The position numbers and the translations under genes were made by a program. Under the pieces are notes generated by a model, which was given only the letters and a program-made list of their open reading frames with translations, had not been told where the DNA came from and did no database searches. This document shows, piece by piece, positions 56,724 to 64,000 of a stretch of DNA of 64,000 nt. The stretch's first letter is position 1; the number at the start of each line of letters is the position of its first letter. Origin of the DNA: Gammaproteobacteria bacterium (GTDB lineage: Bacteria; Pseudomonadota; Gammaproteobacteria; CBDBNL01; JAAOII01); NCBI GenBank assembly GCA_965209035.1, contig OZ242372.1, positions 32,001-96,000 on the forward strand, written 5' to 3'.

Positions 56724-56920
56724 TGTTTTGATGTGATTGTTATGATTATGAATATAAGTAAGATAAAAATCTGTTGCTCCCGTTATGTTAGCGGGCTAAC
56801 TTTGATGCCGTTGCGTCCGAGAGTTCTTTTTTCTTGAATTGTTTTTGTCATTGTTTTGATGTGATTGTTATGATTATGAATATAAGTAAAATAAAAATCT
56901 GTTGTTCCCGTTATGTTAGC
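56662..56920 (-). repeat. 128-bp tandem duplication of the AKR leader and first codons
   Basis: Units start at 56662 and 56790; the upstream copy gives the mini-ORF MTKTIQEKRTLGRNGIKVSPLT* (56851-56783). Confidence 0.92.
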
Positions 56921-56958
56921 AGAGTTAGAGGATTAGCGAGGTTAGAGGGCTAGCCGGG

Positions 56959-58755
56959 TTAAGGGGTTAACGAAAAGTCACCTTCCTCGTACAGAAAATA
57001 GTCAAAATCCGCAGGCATGCGGCGACCGGACATATCGTGGCATGCCATGCCGACAAAGGTACCGGTGAATCCCATCGGATAAGCATGTTCGTCGGACAGG
57101 ATATCGGCCGGCAAGACGGGGCCGACCGGCTTCCAATCCGTCCCGGTTTTCCCGGAACTTTCGGCATCCTCGCTATCAGCCGCGGGAGCGTGCACCGAAT
57201 AGTAAAACTGCAATTTTTCGCGCCGGGTGACGACTCGTAATCGCACCGCGCCGCTTTGCGGCAAGGGGATCTCACCCTCACCGCCCGCGCAACTTAAGGG
57301 CATCCGGAATCTGCCGCCGTCAAAGATAATGATGCCGAGGACTCTGCCCAATTTTTCATCGTAACTGATGCGCAGATAGTACTGATTTTCTTCGTCATAA
57401 CGAACAATCAGTCCCGCCATCTGCTGAAAGTATGTCGGTGTGCAATTTAGACTTGTCTCCGCCATATAACAAAAGTCCTGTTGGCGGCGCGCGATGACAC
57501 TCTGACGAAACTGCGAGGAAAACCCCTCCTGCCCGTAAAGCCGCAGAAAGCCGGGATGCTCTTTGAGCGAACACCATTCTTCGCCGACCGGGATGCGCAG
57601 AGATTGAAAGTCGGTGTGTAACTCCGGTTCGTCAAAATCTGTGCGATGCCGGGTTTGTCGCATGTCTTTGGTATCGCCGGCAATCTCGAACCTTTCCAAT
57701 GGGGCGTTATGACTTCCTCCGTCCCCGCCACCTATGCCATCTCCGCCCCCTCCGTCATCTCCGCGAATGTAAAGCCAGTCATCGTCCTTCCATTCCAGCG
57801 GCTGAACGGCTGTTTCTCGTCCCAAGGGACATGGACATGCCATCTTCCCGGTCCCTTTCTCAGCCCCTTTCTCAGACATATTCCCGGTTAAGGGACGGCC
57901 GCACAGATGAAACAGAAGCCAATCGCCGCCTTCGGTTTGGCAAATACTGCCATGCCCGGCTTTCTGCAGGAGGAGATCCGGCCTGCCGGCGGCAGTGAGC
58001 AAGGGATTTTGCGGGCGGACCTCATAGGGTCCAAACAGCCTGTCGGACCTGGCAAGAGTGACGGCATGCGCATAACTCGTCCCGCCTTCGGCCGTCAACA
58101 GGTAGTATTTGCCTCTCCAATGATACAAGTGCGGACCTTCGGTAAACCCCAACTCGGTTCCGGTAAAGATCTTGTGAACATCTCCGGTTAATTGCCGTTT
58201 TTGCGGGTCGTATTCTTGCAGTAAGATGCCACCGAAATAGCGGGCAAACTGCGAAGGGTCGGCGGTCTGCTCGTTGCCGGGGTCTTCCGGGATGGCGCGG
58301 TAATCCCATTCCATGTTCACCAGCCATTTGCGTCCGTCCGGGGCGTGAAACAGCGACGGGTCAAAACCGCTGCTGTTTAGATAAGCCGGCTCACTCCAGG
58401 GACCGCGGATGTTTGCCGCGGTAACCAGATAATTGTGATTATCGTGTGCCGGGCAGTTGTTCCTGCCCTTCCATGTTTTGACATCCGTGTAAATCAGATA
58501 AAAAATCCCGTCCGCATAGGAAAGTGCCGGCGCCCAAATACCGCCGGACGCAGGATTGCCGGCGAGGTTTAACTGACTTAAGCGCGTCAGCGGATAAGGA
58601 AGTGTTTCCCAGTTAACAAGATCGCGCGTTCGGTGCAGGCGAATACCCGGGAACCATTCAAAAGTGGAAGTTGCAACATACAGGTCCTTGCCGACACAAC
58701 AAACGGAAGGATCCGGATGGAATCCGCGCAATACCGGATTGATGACTGTCGTCAA
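56959..58755 (-). CDS. GH43 beta-xylosidase/arabinofuranosidase
   Basis: NPVLRGFHPDPS, STFEWFPG, GIWAP, GFDPSLF, TEGPHLY, AGHGS, FTGTFVG. Confidence 0.93.
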   Translation of the reverse strand: MTTVINPVLRGFHPDPSVCCVGKDLYVATSTFEWFPGIRLHRTRDLVNWETLPYPLTRLSQLNLAGNPASGGIWAPALSYADGIFYLIYTDVKTWKGRNNCPAHDNHNYLVTAANIRGPWSEPAYLNSSGFDPSLFHAPDGRKWLVNMEWDYRAIPEDPGNEQTADPSQFARYFGGILLQEYDPQKRQLTGDVHKIFTGTELGFTEGPHLYHWRGKYYLLTAEGGTSYAHAVTLARSDRLFGPYEVRPQNPLLTAAGRPDLLLQKAGHGSICQTEGGDWLLFHLCGRPLTGNMSEKGAEKGTGKMACPCPLGRETAVQPLEWKDDDWLYIRGDDGGGGDGIGGGDGGSHNAPLERFEIAGDTKDMRQTRHRTDFDEPELHTDFQSLRIPVGEEWCSLKEHPGFLRLYGQEGFSSQFRQSVIARRQQDFCYMAETSLNCTPTYFQQMAGLIVRYDEENQYYLRISYDEKLGRVLGIIIFDGGRFRMPLSCAGGEGEIPLPQSGAVRLRVVTRREKLQFYYSVHAPAADSEDAESSGKTGTDWKPVGPVLPADILSDEHAYPMGFTGTFVGMACHDMSGRRMPADFDYFLYEEGDFSLTP

Positions 58756-59595
58756 CTATTTGACCGAACCAGCCGACAAGCCCGCGATGATGTATCGAGA
58801 AAGAACGATGAAAGCAATTAAAATTGGGATCACGCTGAATGCGATGGCAAGATAAATGACACCGTAGTCCAGCGCAAATGCGGTGCCTCTCAATTCGGCG
58901 ATGATCAACGGCAGAGTGTACTTGTCTTTGGAAAAGATGATAATCAGGGGCGAAAGAAAGTTGTTCCAAGAAGCCACGAAATTGAATATGGACAAGGTGG
59001 CAACCGCCGGCAACATTAAAGGCAAAAAGATGTAATGAAAAATCTGTAATTCGCCGGCACCATCCAAACGGCTCTGCGCCAGCAGATCGCGCGAGACTGC
59101 CACCTCGGCATATTGTTTGATAAAAAAGATCATCGCGCCGTTTGCAATTGCCGGCAGAATTAATGGCCAGAAGGTATCCAACAGACCCAACTTGACATTG
59201 AGGTCAAAAAAACCGATGATGCCCAAATGCGCCGGAATGAGCAGCGTAAAAATAACGATGGCAAAAACAAGATTGCGACCGGGAAACTTGTCAAATGCCC
59301 AGAAACCGTAAACAGCCAGGGGGGCGAAATAGGCGGACAAGAGGACGGATGCGGAGGTGATGATCAGGCTGTTCTTCAAACCCGACCAGACCGCTGTTTT
59401 GGCAACCAAGCGGGTGTAGTTGTCCGCCAAGGCATCGCCGGGAAAGATGGAAAGGCCCTGCCCGATTGCCACAGTATCCCGGGTGGCGTTCACCAACATC
59501 ACATAAAAAGGAAATAGACTGACCAACGCCAGAAAAATTAGAAAGGCGTAAAGGAAAACGCGATTAGTAATGTGGAAAAAGCCGTAGGGTGTCAT
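58756..59595 (-). CDS. Carbohydrate ABC transporter permease (MalG type)
   Basis: EAA-like loop LLAQSRLDGAG; WNNFLSPL; GLSAGSVK. Confidence 0.9.
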   Translation of the reverse strand: MTPYGFFHITNRVFLYAFLIFLALVSLFPFYVMLVNATRDTVAIGQGLSIFPGDALADNYTRLVAKTAVWSGLKNSLIITSASVLLSAYFAPLAVYGFWAFDKFPGRNLVFAIVIFTLLIPAHLGIIGFFDLNVKLGLLDTFWPLILPAIANGAMIFFIKQYAEVAVSRDLLAQSRLDGAGELQIFHYIFLPLMLPAVATLSIFNFVASWNNFLSPLIIIFSKDKYTLPLIIAELRGTAFALDYGVIYLAIAFSVIPILIAFIVLSRYIIAGLSAGSVK

Positions 59596-59607
59596 TTTTG
59601 CCGATGT

Positions 59608-60519
59608 TTATTTTTGAGCGACCAGATTACCGCGAATGGAACGAAACAGAAACAGAGTGCCAACCAGCATGATCAAGAAGATCCCCCAAGAAATAGCCGA
59701 AGCATAGCCGTAATTTTGATATTCAAAGGCCTGTGCGTACATATGCACAGTCATCGTCAATAAGGAGTTATCGGGTCCCCTGCCCGGATGCACCAGATAG
59801 GGGATCTCAAAAATCTGCATACCGCCTATCAGGGAAGTAACCAGGATGAACAACATAGTCGGTCGCATCATCGGCAAGGTAATGTGCCAAAATACCTGGC
59901 TTGGCTTGGCGCCGTCCACCCGTGCCGCCTCGTAAACCTGCATGGGGATGGCCGTCATCCCCGCCATACAAAGAATGGCACTGTGTCCGAACCACATCCA
60001 CCACTGGACGAAAGAGACGATGCCGCGCGCCGCCACCGGGTAGGACATCCAATAGACCTTTTCGTCTATGAGACCCAACGCCAAAAGAACCTGATTGAGT
60101 GCGCCGTATTCCCAGTCGGTCAGGGCAAAGAACAGAATCGCCATAGATGCGGCGGCGACCAGGTTGGGAAAGTAGAAAATGGCGCGAAAAAATGGCATTC
60201 CCTTAACGCGGCCGTATGTGAAGACCGCCCCCAAGAACAAGCCCAGGAAGATCTGCGGCAGGAAGTTAACCAGCCAAATCACCCATGTATTAAAAACACT
60301 CAAAAGGAAATAGGAATCCGTTACCAAACGAACATAATTTTTAGCGCCGATAAACACCGGCGGACTGAAGCCGTCGTATTGCGTGAAGCTGAGATATAGC
60401 GTATAAACCACCGGGTAAAGCCCGAACACCAAAAAGGTGAGGAGGAAAGGAGCGAGAAACCAATAGGCCTTGTAAAAACGGAAGGGACCGACTTTTGTGT
60501 ATTGATGAAAATCACTCAT
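59608..60519 (-). CDS. Carbohydrate ABC transporter permease (MalF type)
   Basis: YEAARVDGA, FWHITLP, YGYASA. Confidence 0.9.
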   Translation of the reverse strand: MSDFHQYTKVGPFRFYKAYWFLAPFLLTFLVFGLYPVVYTLYLSFTQYDGFSPPVFIGAKNYVRLVTDSYFLLSVFNTWVIWLVNFLPQIFLGLFLGAVFTYGRVKGMPFFRAIFYFPNLVAAASMAILFFALTDWEYGALNQVLLALGLIDEKVYWMSYPVAARGIVSFVQWWMWFGHSAILCMAGMTAIPMQVYEAARVDGAKPSQVFWHITLPMMRPTMLFILVTSLIGGMQIFEIPYLVHPGRGPDNSLLTMTVHMYAQAFEYQNYGYASAISWGIFLIMLVGTLFLFRSIRGNLVAQK

Positions 60520-60741
60520 AATAATTTGTTGTTTTTTACATTATACGGATTTTTGCCTTGCCGAGTGTATGCGAGGCGTTGGCGAAGGTGAGCAACAGCA
60601 CTATTAACTTCATTTATATGTCTCGGCTTCTAATCAGATGTTAGCCTGACAGGCATATTCCCGTAGAATTAAATATTTGTATTTAAGCGGCGAGGAGTTT
60701 TCATGCTTTTCTTTTATTCTTTTTTGTTGAATAGTGTTTTT

Positions 60742-61544
60742 CTATTCTTTCTTTTTCCTTTTTGCTGTTTCCCGATTTGAAATGCTCTTGTAAAAAGACT
60801 GACATCTTTTCTTAAGTTTTCCCATCAGTCGATAGCACCCGCGCGATAACATCCGAGAAATATTGACGGATATATATTGTTGCCAAAAAGTGGGGTTCTT
60901 AACATACAAAGCATCACCGCTATTTTTTCTCTTTTATTTGTCCAAGAAGTGACCATCCGCTGAAAACCAAATTGATCAAGATAACCATCCAATTCTTCCA
61001 CAAGAGCACACCCCTGATACATTTCTGTGCCATTAATTTCCGAGATGATATAATCTACTTCACTTAGCGTTTTTGCCGCACCTTTCAAGACCTCCAATTC
61101 ATAGCCCTGAACATCTATAAACAAAAAATTATAATGCCGGACAGGCAATGCTTTCCTTACCATCAAATTATCCAATGTGATCATCCCCACTTGTTCTTTT
61201 TCATTAAACTCAATGTGTGGTTGGAGTTCTAAATGTTTTTTAGGTTCTAAAACAGAAGAACTCGCGCCTTTATTTGCAGTATCTACATGCATAATCACCT
61301 TGCTCGTTTTGTTACCCAAAGCCACTCTTTCCAATAACAAACTATTAAACTTTTTCTTATACAAAGCCGTATGATCGGTCAACTTCACGAATGTTTTTGG
61401 CAACGGCTCAATCATTAACAAGTTTTTAACCCCCGCATCGTTGAATCCTTGTATCTCTTGCCCATCATGGGCACCAATCTGAATAACACCCCTAATTTTG
61501 AGACGAAAAAGTTTTTTTAGAAAACGAAAAGAATACCCAAACAT
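60742..61544 (-). CDS. FkbM-family methyltransferase, frameshifted near the 3' end
   Basis: IGAHDG.E, IEP, ALG, SSSVLEP, IDVQGYELEVLKGA, MYQG. The terminal GDALYVK strand lies in another frame after an A6 run (60923-60928); that frame ends at 60742, the as-read ORF at 60825. Confidence 0.8.
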
Positions 61545-61550
61545 AAAATC

Positions 61551-61586
61551 CTATTTTACATAGCAAAAATACCTGTTTGATTTCAT
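61551..61586 (-). pseudogene. 11-codon stub (MKSNRYFCYVK*) of a further copy of the tandem gene, just upstream of the FkbM gene
   Basis: First 10 residues identical to the two paralogs; same upstream spacer DNA. Confidence 0.8.
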
Positions 61587-61619
61587 ATTGAAGTATTTTT
61601 TATTTTTGACAGAACAACA

Positions 61620-62735
61620 TCATTCTTTCGCGTTGAGGTTAAACCGTGCGAACGCTTCCCGGTTACTAGCCAGATGTAGATAAGTTAACACCAAGCTATC
61701 TGCGCTATGTTTTATCAAAGCTCTTTCAATGAGTTTCAATTTTGCCGTATCGGGGGTTTCCGGCGAACCCAACGCGGATATTTCCGGGAAGTCATCGCAA
61801 AAGTAGAGTTCAAATGCATCCCCCAAAGGGCGAAAATGCTCTTTATCGTAAGGATTCCAAAGATTAGATGCTATGTACAACTTACTGCCTTTCGGAAATA
61901 TTTCTAACAAGCGTTGCTTTAAATCTTCGGCAGATAAAAAATGCCGTAACATTTTGGATGCTTGACGAGACGCCGGACGTCTCCGGACATAATCATTAAT
62001 ATATTGATTCAGAAGGTCCATACTAAACGGACCGTATCGATCCCAAGGGAATCTACACATTAAAAAATAATTTCTGCCAAGTTTGGCAGACACTTTCCGG
62101 GCGGTCTTCTCCACTTGCTCGGATAATTTCAAACTGACTGTCGTTGTACAGTAGAAATGTTTGAACGGATTATTTTTTGACATTCGGGTTACATTAAGAG
62201 CCGCAGGATACGTAGGATTCAAATATCGAATGATGATCGTGTTTTTATGGCTTTCTTTTGGAATACCGGGCTTCTTTGTCCTGAATACACAAACACGATA
62301 ACGACCCCGCAATTGTGACAGGTCGTTGAGAAGAATGTAATTTAACTTTTGCCTTTTTCTTCCTCCTTTTGCCGTTGTCATGTAAGATTTTGACAGATTG
62401 TAGTACTCCTCGACAGACCGGCTTATCCCTTTACCAAAATTGTGACCGGGCGATATCCTCATTGGAAAAATGATCGGGGTTGCCTTTACATAAAATGCCT
62501 CTTTCAGCAGGCACTCAAGATTGAAAGTAAGATGATCTATACCTGCCGAAAAAATTACATGCTCCATTAATAGGGATGAGTATCTTCCGGGATATCTAAA
62601 CTTCCAAAAATAGAGTGTTCTTAGGCGAACGGATTGGATAAGATATTTCGGGTTTCCTTTAATAACAAGTTCAAAAATACTCCTCTTGTAACTTGGAGGG
62701 CGAACAACATAGCAAAAATATCGGTTTGATTTCAT
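61620..62735 (-). CDS. Putative O-fucosyltransferase-like (GT-B) protein, tandem copy
   Basis: AGIDH...NL.C.L.EA......P........HN and LYIASN......F.PL...F.....DF patterns recall O-FucT-like families; near-identical to its neighbour. Confidence 0.5.
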   Translation of the reverse strand: MKSNRYFCYVVRPPSYKRSIFELVIKGNPKYLIQSVRLRTLYFWKFRYPGRYSSLLMEHVIFSAGIDHLTFNLECLLKEAFYVKATPIIFPMRISPGHNFGKGISRSVEEYYNLSKSYMTTAKGGRKRQKLNYILLNDLSQLRGRYRVCVFRTKKPGIPKESHKNTIIIRYLNPTYPAALNVTRMSKNNPFKHFYCTTTVSLKLSEQVEKTARKVSAKLGRNYFLMCRFPWDRYGPFSMDLLNQYINDYVRRRPASRQASKMLRHFLSAEDLKQRLLEIFPKGSKLYIASNLWNPYDKEHFRPLGDAFELYFCDDFPEISALGSPETPDTAKLKLIERALIKHSADSLVLTYLHLASNREAFARFNLNAKE

Positions 62736-62767
62736 ATTGAAGTATTTTTATTTTTGACAGAACAACA

Positions 62768-63892
62768 TCATTCTTTCGCATTAAGGAGGTTAAACCGTGC
62801 GAACACTTCCCGGTTCTTATTACTAGCCGGATATAAATAGGTTAACACTAAACTATCCGCGCTATGTTTTATCAAAGACCTTTCAATGAGTTTCAATTTT
62901 GCCGTATCGGGGGTTTCCGGCGAACCCAACGCGGATATTTCCGGGAAGTCATCGCAAAAGTAGAGTTCAAATGCATCCGCCAACGGACGAAAATGCTCTT
63001 GGTTATAAGGATTCCAAAGATTAGACGCTATGTATAACTGACTGCCTTTCGGGAATATTTCTAATAAGCGTTGTTTCAGATCTTCGGCGGATAAAAAATG
63101 CCGTAACATTTTGGATGCTTGACGAGACGCCGGACGTCTCCGGACATAATCATTAATATATTGATTTAGAAGATCCATACTAAACGGGCCGTATTGTGAC
63201 CAAGGAAATCTGCACATTAAAAAATAATATTTGCCAAGTTTGGAAGACACCTTCCGGGCGGTCTTCTCCACTTGCTCGGATAATTTCAAACTGACTGTCG
63301 TTGTACAGTAGAAATGTTTGAACGGATTATTTTTTGACATTCGGGTTACATTAAGAGCCGCATGATACATAGGATCCAAATATCGAATGATGATCGTGTT
63401 TTGATGGCTTTCTTTTGGAATACCGGGCTTTCTTGTACTGAATACACAAACACGATAACGCCCCCGCAATTGTGACAGGTCGTTGAGAAGAATATAATTT
63501 AACTTTTGCCTTTCCCTTCCTCCTTTTGCCGTTGTTAGATAAGACTTTGACAGATTGTAGTATTCCTCAACAGGCCGACTTGTCTTTTTACCAAAATTGT
63601 GACCGGGCGATATCCTCATTGGAAAAATGATCGGGGTTGCCTTTACATAAAGCCCCTCTTTCAGCAAGCACTCAAGATTGAAAGTAAGATGATCTATACC
63701 TGCCGAAAAAATTACATGCTCCATTAATACGGATGAGTATCTTCCGGGATATCGAAACTTCCAAAAATAGAGTGTTCTTAGGCGAACGGATTGGATAAGA
63801 TATTTCGGATTTCTTTTAATCACAAGTTCAAAAATACTCCTCTTGTAACTTGGAGGGCGAACAACATAGCAAAAATATCTGTTAGATTTCAT
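62768..63892 (-). CDS. Putative O-fucosyltransferase-like (GT-B) protein, tandem copy
   Basis: Paralog of 61620-62735 with scattered substitutions and small C-terminal indels. Confidence 0.5.
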   Translation of the reverse strand: MKSNRYFCYVVRPPSYKRSIFELVIKRNPKYLIQSVRLRTLYFWKFRYPGRYSSVLMEHVIFSAGIDHLTFNLECLLKEGLYVKATPIIFPMRISPGHNFGKKTSRPVEEYYNLSKSYLTTAKGGRERQKLNYILLNDLSQLRGRYRVCVFSTRKPGIPKESHQNTIIIRYLDPMYHAALNVTRMSKNNPFKHFYCTTTVSLKLSEQVEKTARKVSSKLGKYYFLMCRFPWSQYGPFSMDLLNQYINDYVRRRPASRQASKMLRHFLSAEDLKQRLLEIFPKGSQLYIASNLWNPYNQEHFRPLADAFELYFCDDFPEISALGSPETPDTAKLKLIERSLIKHSADSLVLTYLYPASNKNREVFARFNLLNAKE

Positions 63893-63924
63893 AATGAAGT
63901 ATTTTTATTTTTGACAGAACAACA

Positions 63925-64000
63925 TCATTCTTTCGCATTAAGGAGGTTAAACCGTGCGAACACTTCCCGGTTCATATCCGGATATAAATAGGTCAAGACC
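63925..64000 (-). CDS. 3' end of a third tandem paralog (runs off the window)
   Basis: Same C-terminus (NREVFARFNLLNAKE*) and the same 32-bp spacer. Confidence 0.75.
   Translation of the reverse strand, partial: VLTYLYPDMNREVFARFNLLNAKE

Noticed and set aside
1-64000. Prophage or conjugative element
   Set aside because: No structural, terminase, integrase, relaxase or T4SS genes were recognised.

Overview
Bacterial chromosome segment, probably a gammaproteobacterium (proA-nadD-rsfS-mrdA-rodA-mltB order, lysS, trpE). The many TPR, FN3/GLUG, TSP3 and kexin-like surface proteins hint at a host-associated lifestyle (inference). 1-29.6 kb: housekeeping genes mixed with secreted lipoproteins (two kexin/furin-like S8 proteases, an FN3/GLUG adhesin-like gene broken at a C25 tract), an AT-rich MauE-like insert and an IS1595-type MITE. 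31.3-46.6 kb: an AT-rich defence island with three MTase-REase pairs, an HNH/coiled-coil/UDG-like/membrane operon, and a complete ubiquitin-like conjugation operon (Ubl ending in Gly, cysteine-less E2, JAMM-E1 fusion, DUF6527) headed by a membrane pentapeptide-repeat gene. 46.7-53.3 kb: a DUF2235/TPR insert. 53.3-60.5 kb: a xyloside-utilisation operon. 60.7-64 kb: a frameshifted FkbM gene and a tandem array of O-fucosyltransferase-like genes. The most distinctive structural theme is that accessory cargo repeatedly sits right behind a resident gene and is closed by a duplicate of that gene's 3' end (three independent cases), with 5'-end stubs and slippage repeats elsewhere and no integrase or transposase in the window. 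No rRNA, tRNA or CRISPR array was recognised. Family calls come from motif recognition by eye; no database search was run.
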